Origin: Carcharhinus amblyrhynchos
Lineage: Eukaryota
NCBI GenBank assembly: GCA_965287045.1
Contig: OZ336884.1
Location: forward strand, 47,492,001 to 47,556,000
Direction of reading: 5' to 3'
Length of the DNA stretch: 64,000 nucleotides
Positions 1 to 12,539 of the stretch are shown here, piece by piece. The notes below the pieces were generated by a model, which saw only the letters and a list, made by a program, of their open reading frames with translations, was not told the DNA's origin and searched no databases. Positions within the stretch are counted from its first letter, which is position 1; each line of letters begins with the position of its first letter. A program made the translations under genes and the position numbers.

Positions 1-199
1 AAACAGTTAAGAGGAGTGCACTGTTCCTCAGATGTGATTTGTACAGCAGATCTTTTGATAACATTTTTTCTGAGTAGAAGTTCACACACCGTGATTGGTT
101 TAATTTATCACGAACCATAATACCCACATTGGTTCGCAGTTAAACAACACCTTGATTTTTAAATTCTTATTTTCAAATCTCTTTATGGTTGCCTTTCAA

Positions 200-470
200 C
201 ATCTTTGCAATCTCTCCAGCCCCACAGACCTCGGAGATATCCATGCTCCTCTGATTCCAGCCTCTTGAGCACCCAGATTTTAACTGATCCACAAATAGCA
301 GCTGTGTTCCCCCCTCTCCCCCTCCCCCTCCCCCCACCACCGCCAATTTCTCCGTTTAAAATGTTCATCTCTTTGGCCAAGCTTTTGGTTATCTTCTCAA
401 ACATCTCATAGGATGTCAAATTTCAATTTATAATGTTCTTGTGAAGTGCTTTGGGACATTATTATGTGAT
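200..470 (+). mobile_element. L2-like LINE 3' end
   Basis: tctccagccccac...cctctgattccagcctcttgagc...ggccaagcttttggt...gtgaagtgctttgggaca resembles the L2 3' region. Confidence 0.55.
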
Positions 471-1456
471 GAGGAACAAGAATTGCCCTCTATCCGATTA
501 TCGCTTTACGATGGTGGAACCACATGAATGTCTTGTTGTATGGAGTTGAAATGCCAGAAGCAACATTTGTTTTGTGTACGTTGGCTCTGTCATTGTAGGA
601 TATCCAAGGCATGTTGTAAACCTGCATGGGAAAAAGCTGATGACAAACAACAGTGCAAGAGTGCTTATTTAAGTACCTGAATTGTGCTCTGGGATGATAC
701 ACTGGGGAGGCTTGCATTGGGGCCATTTGTTCAAAGGTAGTCGTCTGTTACTGACTATCCACACTAATTTCCTCAGGTGGCATTCATAAGATTGCACATC
801 GAAACTTTTTGCTTTCTTATTTCATTATCAAAGCTTCCTAAAAAGCTGAGTGTAGTTATTCCAACTGTACTAATAGAATAGGAATTCCAACCACCCATAG
901 ACTTCTTTATGACTCCTCCATTCTAAATCCCAGGAAGATGGTAATTATATGGGGTAGAGACTCACAGTGGTACCAGCAGTATTACAGCAAGCACTATACA
1001 AGTGTGGCTGCATCTATCAACATTACCTGGTTGAGGGAGCATGAAAGATGAGTCTGACTAGAGATGTGTATGGTTGCAACTGCTCTCTCAACGTATTCAC
1101 TAGTGGTTGTCAAATTCCAACAGCATTACGGGGTACATGTTGCCTTAGCACACCGCACATGCTTTTCTTCACGCATGTGTACTTACTGCTGGCTATAGCT
1201 GAAGTGTTACAACACAATGACACAGTGGTTTGCACTGCTACCTAAGCGTCAGTTTACATTCAGGGCTTGGGTGACTGTGTGTTTTTCCTCTGGGTGCTCT
1301 GGTGAAAGAGAATGTGAGTGAGGGGGAGAGACAGAGTGTGAAGAGCGGGGGTGCTTCCTTTGAATAGACCAATGGAAATTTAAAGTGAAATTAACAGACT
1401 AAAAGTTAACAAGGTGGCAAATTAAACAATTAACAAATCAATAAAGTGAAAAGCCA

Positions 1457-1660
1457 TGGGGGGGGGGGGGGGGGGGCGCGGTGGGAGCATGCACATGAGA
1501 CGTGTGTGTGCACATGCGTGAAAGGTGTATGTACATGAGGGAAGGGTGTCTGCATGCATGTGAGAGGCACATGTGAGACAGCTGTGTATGCATGTGTGAG
1601 AGAGGTGGTAGGTGTAGAGCAGTTGTGTGTATCAGAGAAGGGTGTGTATGTTGGAGAGAC
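1457..1660. repeat. Poly-G run followed by degenerate (TG/CA)n low-complexity sequence
   Basis: About 20 consecutive G at 1457-1476, then alternating purine-pyrimidine gtgtgt/catg repeats. Confidence 0.85.
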
Positions 1661-3053
1661 AGACAGAATGAGGTTTCGGCGGGGGGTGGAGTGCATTTCT
1701 GTTTCACTCTCAGTCTCATGGTTCTCACTGATCCTTGCACCCTACCTCACAGTGGATGAGGCTGAGAGAGAGAACAGGACAAACATTCTCATCTTTCACA
1801 GTCTAATGATCATCTTTCTTTACAGTTCTTGTTTTTAATTATCAATTTACCATTTTGACTTTTTCTTGCTCAGCAAATTCCCTTCAGATGTCAGCTTTTT
1901 TCAAAGATTAAAGTTTAATGTGGTGAGAAACAAGTTGAATGTGCCCTCCCCGTAGCACAGGAAAAGGTTTGACACGGCTGCTCTGAGACCAGAGCTGTTT
2001 GAGGATGTCCTGCAAAGCCATCTGCAGTCTCTTTTCAGCTATGCTGCAGCCAATGAGGTAGAACTCAATAGGTCAGGCAAAGGTACCATCAAAAAGGGGA
2101 TGCATCAGGGTCAATAGCTGACTACACATCTACTATTGGTTGGTTTGTTGGATGAGGTCGGTGTGGATGATTGCATTGTGGTAATGTTTATTTCAGCATT
2201 GCAGCCAAGAGGACTCTGATGTTCCAAAAGGGAGGGACCAGAACATTATAGGCGGGAGTTTCTGGTGTCACTCACCCTGAAATCAAAAACTCCTGCCCGA
2301 GGTTAGCGGACCTTTGGTCTGCCCCTCGCCTGCTCTGACTCCTGTGGTGGGCAGAACAGAACATTCAACCCAGATGTTTGACTGTTGCACAATTTGGGCT
2401 TGTGTTTGAGTGGAATCATAGTTGACTGATGTGATCAGGGATCAGCTGGCTGGAAAGGGGAACTGCTGAAAGTTCCTCAAGTTGCTCCCTGTATCCTTGA
2501 TGGCAAGGTCTGGTCCTCAATGGTTAGGTTGTGGAGGCCATCGCGAATCAGGACACACACTCAGGCTAATGCTGGTGGACTCCCTCTGGGAAATTTAAAG
2601 AATGGAATTATTTCTTCAGAACCCCAGTGGACTGCTCTATGATTTGTCAAGTACCATGGCACTCGTGTAGAGTGAAGTTACGTGCCAGCTGTCAAGCAGA
2701 GAGTCATGAACTCCTAACAGTCATCCTCTGATTTGATGGGGTGGCTCAAATGCTATGGGAACAACAGACTGGCACAGACAATTGTGATGGCTGCCAGGAT
2801 AGTGGGCCCTCACCTGTATGATGTGCTGCATCATCGCACACAAACTACATATTTCCCAAGTGGTTGTGATGCAATTCAGGATTTAAATGAGGCAGTTGGA
2901 AAGGCACTTGTGCAGTCAATGCCACCTTGCAACACTGGATATCCACCCCCTCCCCCACATCCCCTTCCTGACAAAACTAAGTGCACACTCTGCCTTCTCT
3001 CTGGTCAGAAAGAACACAATGAGCTTCCCTCCTCTGGCAAAAGAAACATTGCT

Positions 3054-3090
3054 GCTTCTCAGCCTTTTGGCTAAGGTCAAGTGTAGTATC
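3054..3090 (+). pseudogene. U2 snRNA 5' fragment (nt 4-40: stem-loop I, U6-pairing region and branch-point recognition GTAGTA)
   Basis: gcttctcAgccttttggctaagGtcaagtgtagtatc matches vertebrate U2 nt 4-40 at 35/37. There is no Sm site or 3' domain, so it is not a functional U2 gene. Confidence 0.9.
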
Positions 3091-3358
3091 AACATGCTTG
3101 AAATCATGAGGTTAGACTGAGGTTTCATTTGAAGCAAATTTTTTAAACGGCATCTCGGCCTTTTGGCTAAAATGCAAATGAGATCAAGCCTTGGAGGAGC
3201 CTTGCAATGCCTGTTCGAATCAGCTTGGATCATGTAGATCAAGTCCAAGACAGGGAGTGAGAGGCCTGTCTTGTCAGCTTGGATCGGGAATGTCTCACTT
3301 GCTGAAGCTTGGAATTGGACTTTGATTGAATTGGATATATAAACAAAAAAATCTTATC
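3054..3358 (+). mobile_element. U2-derived, structured, A-tailed retroelement end (SINE-like element or 3' UTR of a non-LTR element)
   Basis: Two U2 segments (3054-3090, and 3153-3170 which is U2 nt 7-24 exactly), several inverted-repeat stems, a direct repeat TCAGCTTGGATC (3220-3231 and 3274-3285) and an A-rich tail at 3341-3351. Confidence 0.6.
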
Positions 3359-4531
3359 TCTCTGTAGCAGCAGTTAGCACTATATAAAGATCATACCTAA
3401 TTCATCCTAGAAAGGATGCAATGAGATGGTCACCAGATCTAGTCATTTTGAATTAAATTTTAGGAACATTATTTTTGTAAAGTACAGGCAATGCATTAAT
3501 TCATCCTTGCTAAGTGGGAGGTAAAGGCATCTGGAATACTGGAAGTGAATGAGACTTCCTACAGAGAGCTCTTTCCTCCTCCTCCTCCGTGCAATACAGC
3601 TAGTCTTTTTTGCTGCTTCTGCTCAATCTCCCCCACTTGCCTCAGTTCAAATGTGATTGCAATTACAGCACTCAAGACGGAGAGAAAGGGGCCTGACCAG
3701 AATCCTTGCAGTCACAACTAAGCCCTTCTCTATGTGCAGCACAACTCCCTAAGCACAGACCACTTGTGTGCATGCACATGTTTGTGTGCGGATATGTGTC
3801 TGTCTGTGTTCTTGTTGCTGAACATATGCTCAGCTCTGCATTTTTAAGAGAAGGCGTTGGCTAGAACAGCAAGCTCAAAAATCAAAAGTACTGGCTCTAA
3901 ATCAGCTTTACATGCTGATTGATATCACAATCTGGCTACTCTGTATACGTCTGGTGCACACTCCTTACATCCAAGTCATAACCCTCAACAAAATGACATT
4001 GGGCCCAGGCCATGTGGGAATTGTTATAGACAATACAGGCACCCCTATTTTAATACCAAAAGGGCACCTGGAATATAAACTGTCTGCATAAGGGAGCCCA
4101 ATTTTGGCGCCATAATCTTTTTAGCCTTTTTTGGACTGAAAAGCTTGAAACATTTCTGGTGGAGACAAAATTACAATTTTAAATTGTACCGTACTTTGCA
4201 TGATCAGTGAAACATTCCTGGCAGCATTTGACTGTTGGACAATGAAAAGTGAGCACATTAGTTGTTTGGAAATGTTGATGACTGATCAAGAATAGGCAAG
4301 CAATTATTTTTCAAGCATCTGCCCAGAAGAAGAAGAGCGTTTGTCCAAATGGCTTCTATTCCTCCATCCTCTTCAATTTCAGACCAAAATTACTGGTTAA
4401 TTATTAGTCATCAAAATTGATTGCTTTCTTTTCTACAATTGGTTGAACCCTGATAAACTGACAATGTTAATCACATTATGCCCATTTTTTAGAAATTAAG
4501 TGTAAAATGCCATTTTTCAGTGCTAATGAGT

Positions 4532-6378
4532 TTTATTGTACATTTAACAGTTATAGATGTGCAGAAGAATCAAAAAAATAATTTTCTTTTAATTGATTGA
4601 TGCAATAACTGAAACATGCACAAACGGCTGAAAAATCAGTGGCGCCTTCGGGGAGAGTTTTCATTCAATTCTGCCAATTAATTTATTTCCACTGATGTGC
4701 CAGTGACACTGGAGATCTCCTTTTAAACTGATGTCCATAGGCTGCTGCTTTGACTCGCAGCATTACAGGGTGGGTGAAGAAACAGTCTTTAGACTTGTAC
4801 ACAGCTGGTGTGGTAGGTAACTTCTGCAGAAGTTGCTTCGGCACTGCTCTCATCAGCAAGTCAGTATTTACATAACACTGATGGAAGCAGCTTTGTTAAT
4901 TAAATAAAATAACTCGGGTACGTAGCTAAGTGCTTTACACCACTGGTAATTGAGACAAAATTTGGTACTTGGGTGAAATCTGTTGGCGTGTCCATGTCAG
5001 CAAAAGACCTCCACAGTAACTCTCAGAACTCAAAGGTGTAATCTCGCGTTGGGCCTCAGCCTCTTGCACCCTGAAAAACAGCCTTTTAGCTGGGCAATTA
5101 TAGCCCAGCAGTTCCAAGACAGTGGGAGAACCGGAAATCTGTGCCAACCAGCAATCTGCCAGCTAGAGGATTCCATCGGATGCAAATAATGTATAACAGT
5201 TGCAAGAGTCATCAACACTATTAAAAAATGTAAACATAATTAATTGTTGCAATACAAGTGCAACCTAATCTCTTAATAGGGAAAAGAAATATTTCTTCAG
5301 TAAATGTTTAACCAAAGCTTTTACAACAAAGTGCTGAAACACTGACTTTAGCCAATGGAAATCATTTTTTTCCACTACAACGAACATTTTAAACCTTGAT
5401 GTGAAAACAAAACTTTGTAAAATACCGGTTTATTGTTCTGGAGAGCAATTAAGAGCATGTTCAGTCCGATAATTTGCAAATCCATTTTGGTGGCTAAAGA
5501 TATCATTTAGTACTTGCATTCCATTTTCATTTATTTTTCTTAAATCATCTCAAGCAGTCTAGTTTTCTCATGATGTCACATGGGTCTCGCTACCTGTAAT
5601 TTGCATCACTGTCCTTCTTGCAGAACTGTTTCATAGCTGTGTTTCAGCAAAAACAATGTGTTGCAACGTCTTAGAACATCCATATTGGAGGAGACCACAA
5701 TCATTCCCTTCAGAGAAAAATGCATTATTCCACAGTCATGGCCCAGCTGACAAAACTACTTTTCCACCAATTCCTGGCCTTCGCAATGCACTTAGAATTA
5801 GTTATTGAACTTCTGGAATTCAGTTGTTAATTTTCCAGAACTAATTCTTACATTTCAACATTGTCCTTCACTCAAATACTTATTCTCTTCCCAGATGTGC
5901 TTACAAGCATCTGAAGGTTAAGTGAACTGATGGAATCATAATTTTGAGATATTCCTGCTTAAAAAAAATCTTTAGGTATTCCTGTCTCCGAGGACAGTAA
6001 CTTAATTTCAGACACTTTTTCAGTCCCTCAGAAATTAAGAAGGTTTATTCAAATCATTCATCTTTAATCATAAGCAACTGTCTTGTTCCTTTTGGAATAA
6101 CGTGTACTTTTGTTTTAAAGAACCTTAGGAAAGCACATCAATATTAGTCGATGACTTTTGAAAAGCGAAATAAGACTTCAGAAATGTTAATTTAAGACAA
6201 AATGCAACTGCATTTAAATCAAACTCAGGCATGAAATGGCTTTGCTTTTACATAACCCCTCTCACCAATCAGGAAGAGGACCTTGCAAGAAAGTGTTTTT
6301 TTAAAACATGAAAAATATCAGTCTGCAATTGAAATTTAGGACAGGAGTATAGTCTTCAGTCTATCAGTGAAATGTTAC
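4532..6378 (-). other. IGSF11: Probable IGSF11 3' UTR with candidate polyadenylation signals
   Basis: AT-rich, largely repeat-poor sequence after the stop codon. AATAAA occurs on the minus strand at 5429-5434 and at 4532-4537, the latter with an upstream TGTA (TGTACAATAAAA). The true 3' end cannot be determined from sequence alone. Confidence 0.5.
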
Positions 6379-6805
6379 CTATACCAGAGATCCTGCCCTG
6401 TTCTGTGCAGGTATCATGACTGGTATGCCACCCATTCGCTGAAGATTTGAATGACTAACAGCATAGGAGAGTGTGTGCTGTGAAGGAGTCTTACGACTAA
6501 GTGAGCCATTGCATTTTGCTAGGTTTTGTGAAGATGGACTTCTTGTAGCAACAACCATTGCCTTTGGTGTGGCGTGGTGGCTTCCGTTTGTATACAGTGG
6601 TCGGTTCTGTGGTTGACTAGATGTCGTTGTAATTGAGTGGAGCGTGTGTCCGTTGTACTGACTGAATGGATTTGACTCGTAGATGGGCTTCTTGTTTTGC
6701 CAGTAGTGGGCATTATATGTGTTTGCTGACGTAAGGGTAACATTTTCAGAGGAACTAGCTGGATGGAAACCTTTGGTAGATGCTGCTGGTGGGATGTCAT
6801 CTTCC
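6379..6805 (-). CDS. IGSF11: IGSF11 last coding exon (cytoplasmic tail ending in the class I PDZ-binding motif ...AQNRAGSLV*)
   Basis: Acceptor ttcttttcttcag|G. The frame (not in the ORF track) reads EDDIPPAASTKGFHPASSSENVTLTSANTYNAHYW...SYAVSHSNLQRMGGIPVMIPAQNRAGSLV, with TAG stop at 6379-6381. The C-terminus matches IGSF11 VPVMVPAQSRAGSLV. Confidence 0.96.
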
Positions 6806-9232
6806 CTGAAGAAAAGAACATTATTTTTTTAAAAATCTCAGAATAATTGTTAGCCATCTACTGATTCTGTTGCATTTTCTGTTATATCAATAAATATCAC
6901 AAATAATTCATGACATGAATGATGATTTATTCCAGGAGTTAAAGTGCTAAACCTGATCATAGGAAATTAAAATTCAATAAACTAAATAGATTGCACTAAT
7001 CCTGTGCTCAAAATGAACACAGGTCAGAATGCTCCATTTGCATGCAATTTCTCCCTGAGATATTTGTTCTCTATATATTTTATTTGTACAACATTGAATC
7101 AGTGAATTACATTAAAACTCTGATATAGCGAAGCCTATTAACCCTCTTTATGGCACGAAGAAATCAGTATCGTATATTCAAAGTATCTTCCAACAAATCT
7201 CAGTTCCACTGGAATCCAATCTCACCCGTGAGAGCAGGAATCTTGCATTTCATTAATTATTACAATTGACAACATTGTTCATGTCCATTAGATTAAAATA
7301 TAATTAAAATAAAACCAGTGTGCTTTACAAAGTAAACTGCTGTTCCAAAACTAAAAGCTTTAATGAATTCCACAGTACCTTGATCGTTACACAAGTGTTC
7401 TCGAGAGTTAGAACAGACCTTGAAGTAAATTATCCCTGTATCTTGTGAGTTGCCTAGCAACTTTGAAATCAAAGTGATTTCAGTACTCCTATCAGTTTGA
7501 CCTAGTTTCAAATCCACAAGTAAGTGGTGAAAGCACAACCTTCTGATCATCTGCTTCACTCTCCTCCTTATAGTTAGGTATTTATGAAGTTCATCACGAA
7601 GACACCATAGCACAGACTAATGGTCGAGTGGATAAAAGCACAGCATGATATAGTATTGAACCTGCCCTCCACTAAGTACCCAAATCCGTAGCATGATGAC
7701 TCTGCGGGGGAATTCTGGAAGAATCAAACACGTCTCTCATCACTCTACATTGATGTTCGAACATATTACACCATCAAACTATCCTCACACAAAATAGTGC
7801 ACTTGGTCACTGAAACCTCACATTTTAAAATCGTCTTTTTAAATGTAATCTTGTATTTAATGCACCTATTACAAACAGACTGCCCAACTAATCAGACGAC
7901 CTGTGAAAAAAAATCCTAAGGTCCACAGAGTCCTTGTACATCATCCATTATTCCATAATCCATCAATTCTCAGCACACGTTTTTTTCTGGAATCACATAA
8001 TTAGGACCTGATATTTTAGCTTAAAAGGATGACAAATGTAACTGCTATAGCCTTCAGAATGAAAACTACATTTATTCATTTAACTCGATCAATCAAGTAT
8101 TCTGCACAATGAAAATATGCAGTTCCATAATTTTTCTTCCACAGAACTTAATAAGGAACATTTTGGTGAATTCAGCATTGATGTCAATCAGAGTAATGCA
8201 CATTACATTCACAACTTCCTGTGATCGCTAATCATGGAGCAAGGGAAGAACAGAACAAATTGGATCGATGTATGTTGTACAAATAAAAACCTTATGCCCA
8301 GCATGTATCTGTAGCTCTTCAAATGTCAAGGCTTTACATATTGTGGCTGTGCTCTTGCATGTGCAATAAACCTTTATACCACCACATCCTTCAGAACTAC
8401 TAATGCTGAGATATGCCAAATGAATCAATTGTCTGTTTCAAGTTGCATCCAAAACATTTCCTCTTAGCGGGGCAACACATTCATCAGTTTAACTGGGAAT
8501 ATGAGGCTGAAGTTTGGCAAGTACAGGGTTTCCATAGTACAGGGGATAGTAGATGGCATTCCATGCTTCAAAATTATTTTCTGGCAAGACCAGCATTTAG
8601 TGCCCATCTCAAATTGTCCTCGAGGTGGTGGGTATTTAAACAACTTGTTGTTGGATTGCACTCATCAGGGAAACTGTGGAGTTGTCAGCCTCTTGATTTG
8701 TGTCTTGCAGGTGGTATAAAAACTTTTGGGAACCATAAGGTGGGTCAATTGCCACAAAGTACCCAAGTTCTGATCAATTCCTGTAGCTGGCTGGACCAGT
8801 TAAGTTTCTTGTCAATGGTGTCCCCCAGGATGACAATGGCAATGCCACTGAATGTCAAGTGTATGTGGTTAGACCTTCATGTCATTGTTTGGCACATGAA
8901 ATACAAATGTTACTTCCTCCATATTAACACAAACCAGATGTTGACCACAGCTTCAAGCCGGGAAAGACTGCCCCATTAAGAGGAATTGCAAAAAGGATTG
9001 AAATACTACTAGTCATTAACTCCTATCTCCATTTCTGACCACATGACGGAGGGAAGGTCATTCAAGTTTCAGCTAAAGATGGTTCAGCCTAGGGTCCTAC
9101 CCCAAGGTACTTGCTAGTGATACCCTGTAGCTGATTGGCCTCCAATAACTATGGCTTTACGAACTGGTATGATTTTCTGACAGACCAGGTGTGCTACTTC
9201 TATTGGAAAAAGACGCACTGATACCCTGTTGC

Positions 9233-9465
9233 AAAGGGTGGTGAGTCTCTGGAATTCTCTACCCATTGAAGTGGTGGAGGCTACCTCGCTGAATATATTT
9301 AAGTCACAGGTAGCTAGGTTTCTGATAGACAGGGGAATTAAGGGTTATGAGGAGAAAGTGGGAAAGTGGAACTGATCCACTTCAGATCAGCCATGATCCT
9401 GTTGAATGGCGGGGCAGGCTCAAAGGGCTAGATGGCCTACTCCTTCTCCTATTTCTTATGTTCTT
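9233..9465 (+). mobile_element. CR1 LINE 3' end
   Basis: agggtggtgagtctctggaattctctacc...gatggcctactccttctcctatttcttatgttctt, homologous to the copy at 25.8 kb. Confidence 0.85.
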
Positions 9466-10373
9466 ATTGTGCTTAACCATGTCAAGGCGAACAAATGCTA
9501 TCCACTGTCACTTGCTGATGGACTCCATTTTGTATCTCCATGTTACGTTTTCTTTCACCTCATTGGCAGCATTCTCACCCTGCCACCCCTCCCACCCTCC
9601 CCAAAGACTTGATCAACACAAACAAATATTTGAAATTCACTGGAAGTTTTAAAAAGGTTGAAATAATACTTGTCCTCTTAAGTTGACGTATACTTCTTTA
9701 TATCTGAACTGCCGACCAGGTTCTGTGTATCCCTCATTAGTTGCCGGTGCACCACCAGCACTGTGCTGTAAGCTAGCATGAATTATTCAGACCCTATAAA
9801 TTTGGGCACGCACTCGTTTGAGCGCACCGGGCAGGCTGCCAACTGTTCCCAGAACAGGTTTTGCTCAGTTACAAAAAACGAAGTTCATGTTAAAGTGAAG
9901 ATCAATACATAAGTTATACAAAAACCTTTTGCTTTATTTTTGAAGAAAAGATTCTGGTCTGCCTGAGAAAGGTTTCAAAGAAAATGGAAAGCAACAGGAA
10001 ATGTCCTTTCAAGCCCTATGGGAGGCATAAATTGATCGTCAGGGAGGTTACAGTTATTTTAGATCACATCAGGGTGCAAAAGGAAGAGTGAAACTTTTTT
10101 TTTTAATATAGCATTTTTAACGATTTCAGGATACCCAAAAGTACCTCACAGTCAATTAAATCTTTCTGCTGCGCCGTTACTGTTGTCATGCAGAAACAGT
10201 AGCAGCCAATTTGCACTTAGCAAAGGTCCATAAGCAGCAACGTGATAATACCAGATTACCTGTTCTGACAATTTGAGTTGAGGGACAAATATTAACCAGT
10301 GAACTCTTCTTCAAAATAATGTCGTGGATTTCTTACAGCCACCTAAGAGGGTGGGTGAGGCTTAGACTGGACA

Positions 10374-11152
10374 TGTTATATGATCAGCTGGCTATGGGTA
10401 AACTGGCTTCCTTCTATTCAATCTCCTCAATTGGTCATAACAAAGGTTTAAGTTTTTTTTTTACACAAGAATTTGCGTTTTGCAAACCAGAATGTACTTA
10501 ACTATTTATGCAGTGAGCATTAAAGAGCCAATCAAATATAGCGTTTTGAATTAAAGGGCAAATTTATTAACCATTAAAGCAGAGAAAAAAATAATAAAAA
10601 CACAGAGCATTTGGCCCTTGTGGAGTCATTCAGACCTACACACATACGCACACACGCATGGACACACATGGACACGGACAGACACACATCCAAGTCCAAT
10701 AAATAAAAGTAAAATATAAAACTAAATGTCCTTGAGGCATAGATTTTAAACGTGGTGGCTAATTTGGGTTAGCTGGTTTCTTGATGTGGTCACATGCTGA
10801 ATATGTTGCAATTATTACACGATAATAATCACTGGTAGATTTCTAACAGAGTTGGCTTCTTGAACCAGCTGACAATCATATTCCAAAAGACAGAAAGGGA
10901 GAGAGAGCAAATTTCAACCTCTTTCTTCTGCTGAAGACTTTCTTGATAACACCTGGGTCAATTACAATCCCTTTCTAATGGCTGGGCAGCCTTGCCTTGC
11001 AAATACTTCACCTACTGTGCATTTCCAAGAGGTTTGGGTATGACTTTCTATGGCAGCCATTGCTTCAATATCCAGTACTTGCAAAATTTCCATTCAGTTA
11101 AAAGTTGAGCAAGCAATTTCTCAGAAAAATAATGGGGCATTGCCTCACGACA
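10374..11152. mobile_element. Possible solo LTR nested in a Deu-type SINE
   Basis: TGTTAT...CACGACA termini. The interrupted SINE-like sequence appears to resume at about 11155 (ctcatctgaaag...gacagtg). No clear target site duplication. Confidence 0.35.
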
Positions 11153-11715
11153 AATGACTCATCTGAAAGGGGGCAAATACGACAGTGGATCATTCCACAG
11201 GTAATGAACGGGATCCATACACAAGATTTTGCCCTCAAGTGGTTGAAGGAGTTTAAATCCATGGCCTCATGACAGTGAAGCAAAGACATTAGCGACTGAG
11301 CCACAGCGGACACCTGATAAATCCACAGTTCTCAAAGGGTTTACTAATTGCTACCTGATTTTGGATCTGTCCAAAAATCCCCAAGTACGGTGGGAATGCT
11401 AACACTATCAGATTAAATACTTAGACTCCATTTGCTATTCAGTTGGAGATAAAGCAAAATCCAATAGAACTGTTCAAATAAAACAGAAGAGTTCTCTTGG
11501 TGTAACAGCAAGATTTAGTCTACAGGCAACATCACCAAAATGCAGATTATAACCGGTCTTTGTTGCATTGCTGTGACCAGATTAGGTTTAAATTTGCTGC
11601 TTGATTTACCTACATCTGTGACTATACCTCAAAAGTAATTCATTAGTTCTGAAATGTTTTGAAAAGTGCTGTATAAATGCAAATTCTGCCTTGCTTCATG
11701 GTCTGAAGTACTAAC

Positions 11716-11863
11716 CTGATCTCATTGGGAATCTCTTCCTCTTCATACTTGTTTTTACTCTTCCAGTAGAACAGAATGACAATAATAGAGAAGATGCATA
11801 GCAAAAGGGCCAGAATCCCCGTCACCACTGCTCCGATGATGATTCCAAAATTCTGGAGTTGTG
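11716..11863 (-). CDS. IGSF11: IGSF11 coding exon 6 (transmembrane helix and juxtamembrane acidic segment), 148 bp
   Basis: Acceptor cttttgcttcaacag|CA and donor ATCAG|gttagt. Translates (P)QLQNFGIIIGAVVTGILALLLCIFSIIVILFYWKSKNKYEEEEIPNEI(R). YW.SKNK.EEEEIPNEIR is characteristic of IGSF11. Confidence 0.96.
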
Positions 11864-12171
11864 CTGTTGAAGCAAAAGAAGCCAAGAGAGAATTTTAGCT
11901 TCTCTTTCTTCCCTGTAACCAATATTTAATAAGTATTTCCACTATGTGTGATATTGTCCAGAAAATGTATCATTGTATAATAAGCTGGTGGCCCGCTTCT
12001 CATTTCTGATGCTTTCAAACCAGCTGTTCTGATATTTACTTACTTTCTGAGGAAGCACCAAGCCTCCGGTGGAGATCTTTCTGATGTGCTTCCTGAAATA
12101 GGTATTTTAGGACTTGAACCTGCAAGCAGCAAACTAATAAAAGCTGATAAATCCTCAGGCTCTGATTATCT

Positions 12172-12539
12172 GGGCAGAACAGTGGCACAGTGGTTAGCAC
12201 TGCTGCCTCACAGCACCAGGGACCAAGGTTTGATTCCAGCCTTGGATGACTGCCTATGTGGAGTTTGCATGTTCTCCCCGTGTATGCATGGGATTCCTCT
12301 GGGTGTTCCAGTTTCCTTCCACAGTCCAAAGATGTGCAGGTTTAGGTGGACTGGCCATGCTAAATTGCCACTTCAGTGTTCCAAAGTGTGTCAGTTAGAG
12401 GATTAATGGGGTAAGTGGATTTATGGGAATAGGGTGGGGGTGGTCCTGGGTAAGGAGTTCTGTCGGAAGGTCACTATATACTCGATGGGCCAAATGGCCT
12501 CCTTCTGCACTGTAGGAATTTTATAACATGATTCTATGA
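12172..12539 (+). mobile_element. HE1-type tRNA-derived V-SINE
   Basis: A-box head gtggcacagtggttagcactgctgcctcacagc, B-box-like ggtttgattcc, V-domain core, and CR1-type tail gggccaaatggcctccttctgcactgtagg...attctatga. Confidence 0.85.

Noticed and set aside
88-140. Two ATTGG (reverse CCAAT) boxes near the window start
   Set aside because: No associated transcription start, CpG island or gene is visible in the window.
3054-3250. Functional U2 snRNA gene
   Set aside because: Similarity ends at U2 nt 40. There is no Sm site or stem-loops II-IV, and no recognisable PSE or 3' box.
6372-6381. TAG|GTAAC donor-like sequence immediately after the IGSF11 stop codon
   Set aside because: No matching downstream exon could be identified. 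Splicing here would not change the protein, and the motif is short enough to be chance.
6519-6857. 112-aa ORF on the minus strand overlapping the last IGSF11 exon
   Set aside because: Wrong frame. The spliced frame from acceptor 6805 gives the conserved EDDIPP...GSLV tail.
8180-8420. Possible Harbinger transposase C-terminal relic on the minus strand
   Set aside because: The resemblance needs several frameshifts and is too weak to support by eye.
8413-8979. Longest ORF in the track (188 aa)
   Set aside because: No recognisable domain or splice context, and it overlaps an antisense LINE fragment.
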